Shown: positions 19,867 through 31,241, counted from the stretch's first letter. The stretch: 32,000 bases of DNA from Mycoplasma mobile 163K (GCF_000008365.1 NC_006908.1:420001-452000), one strand, 5' to 3'. A program made the numbers and translations. Notes: generated by a model from the sequence alone, not told the origin.

Positions 19867-20278
19867 AAAGAAACTCGCTTCTTACAGGGTATGGATTCAA
19901 TTCTTTAAATTTAAATTCTTTAACTTTTTTATTGATACTAAAACTTATAACTGGTGTTTCGTTTGTTAAAAATTCTGACATTACTTGCAAACACATACCA
20001 CAAGGTACAATGTAATCATTTAGATTTGAAATAATATAAATTGCATCTATTTTATGATTTTTGTTAAAAGACCAATCATGATCATTTGCAAAAGCAAATA
20101 AAGCACTTCTTTCTGCACAAATCCCAGCTGGATAAGAAGAGTTTTCAATATTAAATCCAAAATATTGTTTGTTGTTTTTTTCAACAATTGCAGCAACATG
20201 AAAATTTGAATATCTCGCATAAGCTTTATCTAGATGATTTTTTAATTTTTTAAAAATATCCCCGTATTTATTTTCCAT
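19850..20278 (-). CDS. cdd: Cytidine deaminase
   Basis: Zinc motifs CAERSALF and PCGMCLQVM. 142 aa. TAG stop. Overlaps the era start by 17 nt. Confidence 0.9.
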   Translation of the reverse strand: MENKYGDIFKKLKNHLDKAYARYSNFHVAAIVEKNNKQYFGFNIENSSYPAGICAERSALFAFANDHDWSFNKNHKIDAIYIISNLNDYIVPCGMCLQVMSEFLTNETPVISFSINKKVKEFKFKELNPYPVRSEFLFEQKN

Positions 20279-20322
20279 ATTAAAATTATAAGTTATTTAA
20301 ATTTAATAATAGAGAAAATAAA

Positions 20323-20781
20323 TTATTTTCTTCTTTTAATATTTAATTTTTGCATAATTGATTCAACTATAGCATTCATTTCTTTTGCTTCATTTTCTTT
20401 AACATGGTCATAACCGTATAGATGAATAATTCCATGAGTAAATAAATAACAAAATTCTCTTTTTAATGAATGATTATACTCTTTTGCTTGCAAAATAACT
20501 TTTTCATAATTTAAAAAAATCTCTCCAATATGAAAAAATCCTAAAGCATTTTTCATATTTGCTAATTCACTAGGAAAAGATAAAACATCTGTTTCTTTAT
20601 CTTTTTTATAATATTGTTTAGAGATTTTTTTAATTAAAATATTATCCACAATATTCAAATCTAATTCTAAGGGAAGTTTTTCCTTGAAAAAAAGTGCAAT
20701 TTCATCTAGAATATTTTGAAAATCCTTTTTGTATCTAAATCTATAGTTAGTTTGGTTGCATAAGTTCAAATTGTTTTCCAT
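20323..20781 (-). CDS. ybeY: Endoribonuclease YbeY (rRNA maturation)
   Basis: Signature HGIIHLYGYDH (HGxxHLxGxDH). 152 aa. True TAA stop. Confidence 0.9.
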   Translation of the reverse strand: MENNLNLCNQTNYRFRYKKDFQNILDEIALFFKEKLPLELDLNIVDNILIKKISKQYYKKDKETDVLSFPSELANMKNALGFFHIGEIFLNYEKVILQAKEYNHSLKREFCYLFTHGIIHLYGYDHVKENEAKEMNAIVESIMQKLNIKRRK

Positions 20782-20789
20782 GATTTATA

Positions 20790-21167
20790 TTATATAAAAT
20801 TTATTAAATGTTCATATAAAGGAATATTATCTATTTTTAAAAATGTATTTAAATTATTAATTTGAATAAAATTGAAATCCTGTTTTGAAAAAAATGATGC
20901 TACAAAAAAACTTTCATTTATTTTTTTCATTTCAAAAAAAGTTATTTCATATCAATTATTATTAATATTCAAATAGATATTTTTAGATGAATCTAAAAAA
21001 TTAAGATTATCATTTGAAATAATTGCTTCAATTTTTTGATTATCAATATTCACAGTTGTAATTATTACTTTTCTTAAATTAAAAGTTAAAAAGAAATATG
21101 TAGTGATTAAACTAATAAGTAAAATAAATATTAATAACACAAAAAAAGAAATTCTACTTTTTTTCAT
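20790..21167 (-). CDS. Small N-terminally anchored membrane protein, putative accessory partner of the C39-ABC exporter
   Basis: Its ATG overlaps the exporter stop (TAATG at 21165-21169). TM segment ISFFVLLIFILLISLITTYFFLTF. It continues past TGA 20952-20954 to TAA 20790-20792 (125 aa, translated codon by codon). Confidence 0.6.
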
Positions 21168-23185
21168 TATATGTAAAGCTCATTTCCTTTATAAAGAAAA
21201 TTTTCATTATGTGAAATTTCTAAAAAAATAGCTTGATTTTGATAATCTTTTATTATTTTACTTATTTCATAAAAGATACTACTTTGAAGATTTTCAAAAA
21301 CTTCATCTAATAAAATTACATCAAATTTTTTTACAAATAATCTTAATAATAAAATTAATTGTTTTTGACCTGAAGATAAATTGATTCCGTTTGATTCAAT
21401 TGGAGTATTTAAATTAAGATTCAATCTATCTAAAAATTCCATTAAATTAAATTGGATAATATTTGAATTAAAAGTATTTAAATAATCAAGATTTTTTAAA
21501 GTTACAAAATCAATTAAAGTGGACTTGAAAAAATAAAAATCATTATACAGGTATAAAATATTAGTTCTAACTGAATCAATATCATAATTATCTACTGATA
21601 GATCATTCACTAAAATTTTTGAAAAATCTTCAAGATTACTTAGGGCAATTATTTTCATAAGTGTACTTTTCCCTGATCCATTAGGTCCTTTTAATTGTAA
21701 ATTTTTTTCAAAATAAAAATTTATATTTTTAAAAATTTCTTGCTCGCTTGTATAAGAAAAAGAAAAATTTTTAAGAGAAATTGAGTTAATTTTTTCAATA
21801 GGTTTTTGTGAATAATTCTTTTCAAATTGGCCATTTAAAATAAAATCAAGAATTTTTTTATTCTCTTTTTGTAGTGGAATTTCACTAATCAAATCACTAA
21901 AACTATAAAAAGGATTCAGAAAAAAATTAAAAACACTCAAAAACAATAACAATTCTCCTAAAGAAATTGAATTGTTTATCACTCTTAAACTCATTAAATA
22001 AATAATTAAAATAGAACTTAAAGAACTAATTGTTTTCAAGAGAAATTCTTTGAAATTGGATTTTAGTAAAAATTTAAAATTTGATTTAACTAATTCTATT
22101 TTGAATTCATTTATTTTATTATCTAAAAATTGATTTTGGGTAGAATTTTTTAATTCTTGTTTTGAATATATTTTATCTATTATTGATGTTGAGAAATTTA
22201 TGTTTGATTTCTGAATTTTTACATAATTATTTTTTAATATTTTATTGAATAAAAAATTTGTGTTCAAAATCAAAAATCCAACACAAAAAGAAATAATAAA
22301 AATTTCTCAATTAATGTAAATTAAAAAAATGGAAGAGGCAATTAAATTGATAAATTCTACAATTAAAAAGTAATTTAAATTAGTCTTAAAATTGATATAA
22401 GAATCTAAAATTTCTATTCTTTTTAAATGATCTATATTTGTTATTTTGTTAGAATAATTCAAGTTTAAAGTATTGTATTTTTGAAAATAAATACCCAAAT
22501 TCAATTTACTTAATTTATTAATTGTTTTTGAAATAATTAGTTTTTTAATTAAATTTAAAACTATGTTTAAAAAACTTATTCAAAAAAATAAAATAATTAT
22601 CTGTCATAAAAGATTTTCATCTTTTGAAGGGAAAATTTCTTCAAAAATTATTTTAAGCAAAAAAGTAAAACAAAAGGAGAAAATTAACATAAAAATAGAA
22701 AGCAAAATATTTCATGAAGTATAGAAATTTTTAATTTCTAATTTAAAATTAGATTTAACTTTTTCAACAATGACTAAATCCTTCAATTTTTCTACTTCAA
22801 TTACTATATTTAAATACATTTTTTCAAAACTTTTTTCATCAAGAAAATATTTCCCTTCAATCGGATCTAAAATTAAGTAATTATGATTTGATTTTTTTTC
22901 AACAATTACAAAATGGATATAATTGTTTTCTTTTAATAACACAATGATTGGTTTAGTAATTTTTAAATTTTGAAAATCACTATATTTTATTTCATAAGAA
23001 GTGGTTTTCAAATTGATCTGTTTTGCCAATAAATTTAAATCATAAATACTTAAGCCTTTTTGATTAAATTTAGAAATTGCTTTTAAAAAATTAATATCTA
23101 ATCAAGTTTTAAAATAATATTTATAAAAACTTTGAATAACAACTAAACCACATTCTTTAAGATCATTTTGCACTTTTATTTTCAT
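21167..23185 (-). CDS. Peptidase-C39 domain ABC exporter (PCAT; ComA/LagD/SunT-like bacteriocin/peptide processing-export protein), 672 aa
   Basis: ATG 23183-23185. C39 motifs VQNDLKECGLVVIQSFYKYY (Cys), NYIHFVIVEK (His), YLILDPIEGK (Asp). TMD follows. NBD has Walker A GPNGSGKST, signature LSSGQKQL, Walker B VILLDEVF. Track fragments 22712..23029, 22307..22504 and 21167..22273 are all in frame. I translated the gaps and found only TGA codons. Confidence 0.85.
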
Positions 23186-23216
23186 ATATTTAAATAACAA
23201 AAAAATAAATGAAAAT

Positions 23217-23241
23217 AAAAAAATGCCAAAAGCATTTTTTA
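23217..23241 (-). terminator. Terminator of azoR
   Basis: Hairpin AAAAATGC-CAAAA-GCATTTTT with a T run on the minus strand, 16 nt after the azoR stop. Confidence 0.6.
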
Positions 23242-23256
23242 TTATCTTATATTAAA

Positions 23257-23865
23257 TTAAAAGTTTTCTGCAGCAGTTTTAATTACTTTATCAAATAAAT
23301 CTAAAGCTTCAGGAGCTTTTAATGAAGAATATTGTGGTGTTTTTAAACCATCCATTACAACTGATTTAGCAACTTTAGCACCAATAAATTCAAAAGTACC
23401 TTCAAGATTTTTTGTATGATCACCTCAAGTATATCATCCTAAAGGTGCTCCTTGAGTTGTTAAAATTTGAACTTTTAAATGTGGTAATAAACCTATTGCT
23501 TCACCTTTTTTAGAATATTTATATGAAAATGTTTTGTTAGCAACTAAAATTCTATCTAAATAATTTTTCAACAATGCTGTGTAATTAAAATTAGTCATAG
23601 GTGATGAGATAACAACTTTATCTACTGATTTTAATTGATCGATATATTTATCAGAAACTCCATCTGTAAAAAAAGTGTTGAAATTTTGCGAACTAAGAGA
23701 AATTAAATCTTTTTGATCATTTAAATTTAACTCAATAATTTTATCTATTGGATTTTCTTTTCTATAATATTCCATAAATTTATCACTTAATGCTGAAGAA
23801 AAAGATCCTGATGGAAGATTTTCAGTCATACTAGATTTAATAACTAAAACTTTTTGAATTTTCAT
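23257..23865 (-). CDS. azoR: FMN-dependent NADH-azoreductase (AcpD/AzoR family)
   Basis: N-terminus MKIQKVLVIKSSMTENLPSGSFSSALSDKF..YRKENP is typical of the AzoR flavodoxin-like fold. It continues past TGA 23434-23436 (and a further TGA, ...GWYTWGDH...) to TAA 23257-23259 (202 aa). Confidence 0.8.
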
Positions 23866-24048
23866 GGGTTCTCCTTTTTAATAATATTTATATAAGATAA
23901 TTGTAATGTAAAAAGTCTAAAACTTCATATTAAATTATAAAAATTAAAATTTGAAATTGAAATTTATTTAAAAATTTTTTAGTTATACTTTATTAAAGTT
24001 GCTTAAAATTCGAATTAATAATTGAATATTAGAGAAAGCACATATAAT

Positions 24049-25806
24049 ATGATAAAAATTTTAACTATAGCTGGTAAAAAAAGATGATCTTGAATTATTT
24101 TTTCAATAATCCTTTTAGCCACTGAAATAAGTTTAACTTTTACAATTCCATTTTTAGCCCGAACTTTACTTGGAGAAGTTGGAAAAATTCCTAATGTAAA
24201 TAGAGATGTTATTAATCTTAATCTTTCATTATTTATAGTTGTAATTGTTATAGATGCATTTTTATTTTTGTCTAGTTCTTTAATAATTATTAAAGTTGCA
24301 ACAGATTTTTCAGGTTTTTTAAGATCTAAACTTTTTGAAAAAATTCAAAATTTTAGTGCTGCTGATATTGATAAATTTACTCAATCATCTTTATTAACAA
24401 GAATAACAACTGATACTAAACAAATTGAATCTGGATTAATTTTATTACTTAATTGATTGCCATGAGGAATTTTTGTTTTAAGTGGAGGAATTGTTTCGGG
24501 TTTAATTTTATCTTTAGACTTATCAATCATTCTTGCAATTGTAATTCCTTTTATTATTATTTTTGTTATAGTGTTATTTTTTAAATCATTACCTTGATTT
24601 TCAAAAATGCAAAAATCAATTGATGAAATAAATAAAAATACAAAGGAAAACATTTTAGGGGTTAGAATTATAAAAAGTTTTAATCTTCAAGAAAGTGAAA
24701 AGCAAAAATTTTTTGCTAAAAGTCAAATTCTTTCTAAAAATTCTTTTAATGGAAATGTGATTATATCTCTTGCAGCACCTTTTATTGATTTGATTATTAA
24801 TTTAAGTATTGTTTCACTAATTTGAATTGGTTCAGCTTTTATACCAAACAAAGTTAATGAACTTGTTATTCCTTATGTGCAAATCTTGCAACTAATTTTG
24901 TTTGGTTTAGCAACTATTGTTTTTGTTATAAAAGGTTTAAGTAGTTCTATTGCTCCAGCACACAGAGTTTTTGAAGTTATTAAACATAAACCGGCAATTT
25001 CGTATGGACTAAAAGATGAAAAAATAAAGCAAGCTAAAATAAAATTTGATAGTCTATATTTTAAATACTTTGAAAATTCTGAAGACTATGTTTTAGAAAA
25101 TATTTCTTTAGAAATAAAACCAGGGCAAACAATTGGTTTTATTGGACCATCTGGAAGTGGAAAATCTTCACTTGCTGCTTTATTGACAAGAGAATATGAT
25201 CCAATTAAAGGTCAAATTTTGATTAATGATGAAAATATAAATGTTTTTTCAAAAAGGGCATTAAATAGAAATATTGCATATGCTTCGCAAAAACCTATTT
25301 TATTAAATGGAACAATTAGAGAAAACATATCTTTTGGACTTGAAGACGAAGAATTAAAATCAAAAAATTTTGAGGCTTTATTAATTGAATCCGCAAAAAA
25401 TGCTGAAGCTTGAGAATTTATTGAAAAAAGGAAGCTTCAACTTGAAGAAAAAATTAATCAAAGAGGAACAAATTTAAGTGGTGGACAAAAGCAAAGAGTT
25501 TCACTTGCTAGAACTTTTATTAAAAGAGCCAAAATATTAGTTTTAGATGAATCAACTTCTGCTTTAGATAATTTTACAGAGCAAAGAATTCAAGAAACTT
25601 TAAAACAAAAAAAAGATACAAGTGTTATTATTATTTCTCAAAAAATTAACTCAATTAAAAATGCAGATCAAATTTTTGTTTTAGATAAAGGTAAAATAAT
25701 TAATTTTGGAAAACATAGAGATTTATTAAAAAATAATGAATTCTATAGAGAAATTGCAATTTCTCAACTTGGACATGAAGAAGTAAATAAAGACATGAAT
25801 TTTTAA
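24049..25806 (+). CDS. Fused permease/ATPase ABC exporter (MsbA/MdlB-like multidrug-type), 585 aa
   Basis: ATG 24049. Track fragments 24268.., 24607.. and 24877..25413 are all in frame and linked by TGA codons. Walker A GPSGSGKSS, signature LSGGQKQR, Walker B ILVLDESTS. TAA at 25804-25806. Confidence 0.88.
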
Positions 25807-25838
25807 AATTTATATTAATAAAATATAAAATAAATAAT

Positions 25839-26405
25839 ATGAAAAATTTTATAAAAAAAAATAATTTAGATTTTTGAAATATCAATAAAAAAACTGTTTT
25901 TAAAAATTTACTTACTTTTCTTTTTTTATTTACTTTTTTAATAGCAATGGATCAAATTTTTAAATCAATTTTTTTTCAAGTTGGAGAAAGGCCTTTTACA
26001 GGTAATAGAGTAATAGCTTTTCAATGAGGAATTTTTGGAATTTATTCACTTGAAAATGAAGGTCTAACTTCTTCAATTCCACTTGATTCGACTGGTATTC
26101 AAATATTGAGCTTTTTCTTCTTGATTCCTTTATCAATAGCAATTATTTTTTCTAAAAATAGTTTTTTAACTACTTCTTCAATTCTTTTATTTTCAGGAAC
26201 TTTAGGAAATTTAATGGATCGACTAATTTTTGGTGGGAAAGTAAAAGATATTTTCTTTGTCGGCTCAATAAATAATGGAATTTTCAATTTTGCTGATATT
26301 TATGTTGTTGTTGGTTCGATCTTTTTATTACTTTTAATTTTATGAGTTGGAATATTTAAGGATTGAGTTATAAAAATAATAAGCAAGAAAAAGTATAATG
26401 ATTAA
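25839..26405 (+). CDS. lspA: Lipoprotein signal peptidase II
   Basis: Motifs GTLGNLMDR and FNFADIYVVVG. Several in-frame TGA codons. Track ORF 26106..26345 is the core. TAA at 26403-26405. Confidence 0.85.
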
Positions 26406-26406
26406 T

Positions 26407-26613
26407 ATGAAATGAAAAATAAGTAATTTATTCTCAAGAAAAGAAATTAAACAAAATCAGGAAATTGAGAAAAAATATCTAGCTGATTTTACCAGAGAAG
26501 ATTACAACTTTCTTTTTGTTGATAAATCAACAACAATTATTGTTCATAATGAAAAAACTAAAATTGATATTGATTTATCACAAAAAAATTTAAAAAATGA
26601 TTTAGATAAATAA
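26407..26613 (+). CDS. Small hypothetical protein (68 aa)
   Basis: ATG lies 1 nt after the lspA stop. MKWKISNLFSRKEIKQNQEIEKKYLADF...; contains one TGA (Trp) codon. I recognise no motif. Confidence 0.4.
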
Positions 26614-26614
26614 A

Positions 26615-27514
26615 CTATTTTTTGATATCTAAAAGTATGTAAAGCATTATTCTTTTAATTCTACTAGATGTATATCTTTTACTATTTGCTTTATTCACAA
26701 AAGAATCATAATCTTGTGCTTCAAGCACAATTTTTTTAAATCTATTTTCTAAACCTTCTGAAATTAAAGAAATTTTAGCTAATTCTTCTTTTGAAGTACT
26801 AATAACTTTTTGTTTAAATTCTTCATAGTAATTTTCAATTCGATCTGGAATTGTTTCAAAAATCATTGGTGAATATTTTGAAATATCTTCGCTTTTATAA
26901 ATTAAAGTTCTCAAATATGAAGCAGAAGCAAAATTTTCAAGGGTAAATTCTGAGTGAAAATTAATTGTTCTTTTTAAACAATAAGCTTGGATATTGTAAT
27001 TATTATTAACAATTGCCTTAACATATTCTAATCCTAAAATATCATTTGGCATGACTATTTCATAACCAACTAATGATTTTAGAGCCAAAGAACTTGCATT
27101 AGGGAAACCTAAACCTTGTTTTAAAAATTCTTTAAGCTTTAAGTTATATTCTTGTTCATTATTTTTCAAAGTATTTGCAATTTTATAAAATAAATCAATA
27201 TCATTAGTTTCGCTACCAAAAATCAATTTATCAACATTATATTCATAAAGCATTTTAATGGCTCCTTGAGCAAAAATATGTGCTGCTTGAGTACTTGTTT
27301 CAAAGGGCAATTCATAAACTTTAGAAACCCCTGCTTCAAGAACATATTTTTTTCTTGTTTCAAAACTTGCAACTGCAATTTCTCCTCTTTGAGTATATTT
27401 ACCACTCATAAAAACAATAATTTCTTCATTAGGAAACTTATTTTTAATGTAATTTATCATGTAAATGTGTCCATTATGAAAGGGATTGTATTCCGCAATG
27501 ATTCCGATAGCCAT
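26615..27514 (-). CDS. tmcAL: Cytidylyltransferase-like nucleotidyltransferase, UPF0348/YlbM family (tRNA(Met) cytidine acetate ligase-like)
   Basis: N-terminus MAIGIIAEYNPFHNGHIYMINYIK is the hallmark of the family. The likely start is ATG 27512-27514 rather than the track start at 27565. TAG stop at 26615-26617. Confidence 0.75.
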   Translation of the reverse strand: MAIGIIAEYNPFHNGHIYMINYIKNKFPNEEIIVFMSGKYTQRGEIAVASFETRKKYVLEAGVSKVYELPFETSTQAAHIFAQGAIKMLYEYNVDKLIFGSETNDIDLFYKIANTLKNNEQEYNLKLKEFLKQGLGFPNASSLALKSLVGYEIVMPNDILGLEYVKAIVNNNYNIQAYCLKRTINFHSEFTLENFASASYLRTLIYKSEDISKYSPMIFETIPDRIENYYEEFKQKVISTSKEELAKISLISEGLENRFKKIVLEAQDYDSFVNKANSKRYTSSRIKRIMLYILLDIKK

Positions 27515-27620
27515 GATTAAAATTATACAAAAATTAATCTTATAAAAATAAATAAAAGTTTTCAAAAATTAATATTTAAATGTTATAATAAAATAAAATT
27601 TAAAGAATTTAAGGAAAAAC

Positions 27621-27815
27621 ATGGCAATAGTACCAAAACGTAAAACATCAAAACAACGTAAACGTCTACGTCGTTCGCATCATGCTTTAGATATCCAAAA
27701 TCTTGTAAAATGTTCTAATTGTTCACAGAAAATCCAACAACACCGTACATGTATGTTCTGTGGATTTTATAAAAACAAAAAAGTTGAAGGTTTCCAAGCA
27801 CGTAATGATCGTTAG
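27621..27815 (+). CDS. rpmF: 50S ribosomal protein L32
   Basis: MAIVPKRKTSKQRKRLRRSHHAL plus zinc-ribbon CSNC...CMFCG. SD AAGGAAAAAC. 64 aa. Confidence 0.95.
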   Translation: MAIVPKRKTSKQRKRLRRSHHALDIQNLVKCSNCSQKIQQHRTCMFCGFYKNKKVEGFQARNDR

Positions 27816-27820
27816 ATATT

Positions 27821-27850
27821 AAAAAAACTCATTTGAAATGAGTTTTTTTA
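27821..27850 (+). terminator. rpmF rho-independent terminator
   Basis: AAAAAAACTCATTTGAAATGAGTTTTTTTA: hairpin plus T7 run, 6 nt after the stop. Confidence 0.8.
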
Positions 27851-27869
27851 ATATCTTTTATTTTTATAA

Positions 27870-28430
27870 TTATTTAGCGTTTATATATTCTTTTATTTTA
27901 GATAAATATTGGATTCCAGATACAAGTGAAAGTATCAAACCAATATAAATTGGAATATTAATTATTTGCATAATAATATTATTTGTATTAAAAATAGGAG
28001 CAAGAAATAAAACAATTGAAACTCCTATTGAAACAATAATTGTTTTGTATTTCCCTCAAATTGAAGCTGCAATTTCAATTTTATTGGCTGCAGCTATATT
28101 TCTTGAACCATCTACAATAATATCTCTAGCAATAAATAAAGCTGTTACAAAAATTGGTAAATATCCAAAAACACTAAGAGCAATTAAGGCTGTATTTGTA
28201 ATAATTTTATCAGCTAAAGGGTCAAAAAGTTTTCCGAATGTTGTAATTGTATTTTGCTTTCTTGCAATATAACCATCTAGAAAATCACTAAACATTGCTA
28301 AAACAAAAATTGCTGCAGCACTATATAAGTATTCATTTTGAGATCTGAAAAAGTAAAAAAGACTCAAAAGAATAACAAAAGGGAAAAAAATAATCAATCT
28401 AAAAACTGTAATTCTGTTTGCTAAATTCAT
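27870..28430 (-). CDS. pgsA: CDP-diacylglycerol--glycerol-3-phosphate 3-phosphatidyltransferase
   Basis: CDP-alcohol phosphatidyltransferase motif DGYIARKQNTITTFGKLFDPLADK. It continues past TGA 28056-28058 to TAA 27870-27872 (translated codon by codon, 186 aa). Confidence 0.88.
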
Positions 28431-28432
28431 TT

Positions 28433-29020
28433 TTATTCTGTCTTTTCTAAATCATTATTATTTTTTAAAAAAAATAGTTTTTCTAATTGATTTTTACTTT
28501 TTAAATTATATTCTTTTAATTCATCGTTTCAATCAATTTTTTCAAACTTATTTTTGAAAAAATCAAGTGATTCTGAGCAAATTTTTTCTCAAACATTTGC
28601 TTTATTTTGGGATAAATTTTGTAAATGATTTTGAAAATCTTTAAATTCATCTTGAGATTTAATATATTTAAAGTATTTTTCTGATTCTGTTAGTTCCTTT
28701 AATTTGTTTTTTGAAATATCATTAATTTCTGACATTTTTAATTTACCTATAGAAGGAATAAACTCATCTAAAGCTTGTTTGTTTAAGGTGATCAAATTAT
28801 TAATTTCTAAAATAATTTCTTGTTGAATAATTTCACTTTTAATAAGTTTTCTAATTTTATCTTCTCTAATAATTCTTTTTTTTCTTTTATCTCTTAAAAA
28901 AGTAAATAAAAAAAATCCCGCAGCTAGAGCAACAATTAAACCAAAAATTACTCAAACAACATTATTTGTTCCACTCCCTTGAGTCCCTAGTACATTAGAT
29001 GTTTTTAAAACTAAATCCAT
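28433..29020 (-). CDS. Single-pass membrane protein, hypothetical
   Basis: Strong SD AAGGAGAAAC precedes ATG 29018-29020. TM segment VVWVIFGLIVALAAGFFLFTF. It is joined through TGA 28589-28591 and ends 2 nt before the pgsA start. Confidence 0.6.
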
Positions 29021-29086
29021 GTTTCTCCTTAAAATTTTAATATTAAAATTATATCTTAATTGATTGATAGCTAAAAGATAAAAAAA

Positions 29087-29111
29087 GATAAATACCTAAA
29101 AGGTATTTATC
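29087..29111 (-). terminator. Terminator hairpin after rnpB
   Basis: GATAAATACC-TAAAA-GGTATTTATC, followed on the minus strand by TTTTTTT. Confidence 0.65.
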
Positions 29112-29397
29112 AGCACTAATAAGCCGCGTTCTGTTCTACAAAAGTAGCGTCAATTATTTATCTAAGTTTAAAACTTCTTTCAATTAGTTCGATTCCCTTT
29201 TGAAAGCTCCCCTACCATAATTTGGGTTTCTAGCTCACGGAGTTTACCGCGTTTCACCTTAAATTAATAAGCTCGTCTCTGTGGCACTTGTCGTCTAGGC
29301 TTAAGTTTATTAGACTTAACATGATCTTTACTTGCGTTTCAGCAAGTGCTAGCGCGGACTTTCCTCTATATTAAAAATACAGCAATTGACTAAGTGC
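29112..29397 (-). ncRNA. rnpB: RNase P RNA (compact, ~285 nt)
   Basis: The minus strand contains the universal GAGGAAAGTCCG (reverse complement of cggactttcctc near 29355-29366) and ACAGAACGCGGCTTA near the 3' end. It is the only GC-enriched island in the window. The ends are approximate, based on P1 pairing of GCACU... with ...AGUGC. Confidence 0.85.
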
Positions 29398-29451
29398 TTT
29401 TTTATTATAAGTTTTTTTAAGATTTTTTACTTATAAAAGCTATTTAATATT

Positions 29452-29934
29452 GTGAAGCGAATTTATTTTTTATATTCATTTTTATTTTGTTTATTTGCTT
29501 CAACAGGATCTTTTATTTGAATTAATCAAACTCAAAGGCAAGATTTTGATAGTAAAAGCAAAATTAAAATCGAAATTAAAGGTGCATTTAAATTTCCAGG
29601 AATTAGAATTTTTGATACACAAATTACAATTTTAGATGTTTTAAGAGAAAATGAATATTTTGAAAATGCTGATTTTTCTAAATTGAATTTACTCAATAAA
29701 ATTGAAAATAACATGGTAATTTTTCTTCCGTTTAAAACTTTAGAAGAAAATGAAAAAATTTTAATTTCAAAATTAATTCATGTTTCCCAAATAACATCAA
29801 GAGGGATTAATTTAAAAATAGCAACTGAAATTTTAGAAAAAAGAAATGAGTTAAAAACATGAAATGAAATATCTCTTATAAAGGGAATTGGGCCAAAAAC
29901 TTTAGAGAAATTAAAAGAATTTTTAATTATTTAA
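29452..29934 (+). CDS. comEA: ComEA-like DNA receptor (SLBB plus helix-hairpin-helix)
   Basis: GTG start at 29452 (uncertain). N-terminal TM segment. C-terminal HhH motif ISLIKGIGPKTLEKLKEF. Two in-frame TGA codons. TAA at 29932-29934. Confidence 0.7.
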
Positions 29935-31241
29935 TTTTTAACTTATTAACAATTTTAATTCCTGTGATTATTTTTTTATTGTTGAATGAATTCTCAATAT
30001 TTTGAATTGTAACTTGTATATTATTTTCAATAATTTTAATGTTCGATTTTAAAAGATTTATGCTTATGACAGGAATTTCTTTTTTTGTTGTTTTGGTAAA
30101 ATTTTTTTGATATGATTCATTTTTAATTGAAAAAAACATTGAAGGTACATTTTTTGTAAAAAATAAAATCAAAGGAGGATATTTTATTTCAATTGAAAAT
30201 CAAATCTACTATTTAAGAACAAAAGAAATACTTTTAGAAAATTTTTTTTACCATATTCAAGGATCTCTTATTAAATTAGATAATGCTGAATTTGAATTAT
30301 ATTTAAAATCTAATCAAATTCATCATGAAATTATCAATTTTAAGATTATTGAAAAAAATGAATTTTTTAATTTAAGAAAAATTATTGAAAATTATTTAAA
30401 TGATTCAGAAATTTTTTACAAAACTTATATGAATTTGTTAATTATTGGAAACAAAAGTAATGTAAATCAAATTTTTGTTGAAAAAATTAAAGATTTAAAT
30501 ATGATTCATATATTTGTAATATCAGGTTTTCACTTTAATATTTTGTATTTTATCTTTAACAAAGGATTTAAATTATTAAAAATAAATGAAAATTTAGCAA
30601 ACTTATTTATTTTTTCAATGTTAATATTTTATTTGTATATTCTTGATTTTAATATTTCTTCTCTTAGGTCGTTATTATTTCTTTTTGCTCATTATGTTAA
30701 TAAAAAAATTCTAAAAAATAAATTTAGCAAATTGGAAATTTTAATATTCATTTTTGCAATATTATTTCTCTTTAATTTTTATATTATTTATTCACTATCA
30801 TTTTTATTCAGTTTTGCTCTTGTATTATTAATTTATGCCTTAAATGTAATATCTTTTAAAAATAAAAGTTTCAAATTCTTCTTTTTTTCAATTTTTATAG
30901 GTTTTGCTTCCATTTTGTTCAATTTGCACATAAATAAATCTTTTAATATGTTCTCTATTTTTTACAATTTTATCCTTTCTCCAATTGTTGCTGTACTCTA
31001 TGTATTTTCATTTATTTTAATGCCGTTTAAATTTTTATTAAATTATATTTTCTATCTTTTTGACTATCTACTTATTTTTCTAAATTCTACTTCAGTTCAA
31101 TTAAATTTAAATATTCAACATGATTGAATTGTTGTAATTTACTTTATACTATACGTATGTATTTTATTTATGGTAACGAAAACTACTTGATTTGAAATCA
31201 AATTAAAAAGCTTATATCCAAAAGTAAAACAGAACCTATAA
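29859..31241 (+). CDS. comEC: ComEC/Rec2 competence channel protein lacking the C-terminal MBL domain
   Basis: Competence-domain motif MIHIFVISGFHFNILYF and many TM segments. The frame is open from ATG 29859 (start uncertain, may lie nearer 29930-29960) through TGA codons, including 31125-31127, to TAA 31239-31241. No HxHxDH motif is present. Confidence 0.7.

Noticed and set aside
24381-24653. Minus-strand 90 aa ORF; also 25700..25885(-) and 26099..26287(-)
   Set aside because: They are antisense to the ABC exporter and lspA genes, which have strong motif support.
27223-27520. ORFs 27223..27405(-) and 27266..27520(+)
   Set aside because: They are out of frame with, or antisense to, the tmcAL-like gene, whose frame carries the EYNPFHNGH signature.
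28045-28272. Plus-strand 75 aa ORF
   Set aside because: It is antisense to pgsA.
29532-30172. Minus-strand ORFs 29532..29714 and 29927..30172
   Set aside because: They are antisense to comEA and comEC.
2998-31127. Apparent premature stops splitting many genes (candidate pseudogenes in the ORF track)
   Set aside because: All the breaks are TGA. Flanking fragments are in frame, and several breaks fall on Trp positions conserved in the family or between paralogs, so this is code 4 rather than decay. The only disruptions I accept are the RloB-like gene (13316) and the remnant at 10901-11337, which involve TAA/TAG plus frame changes.
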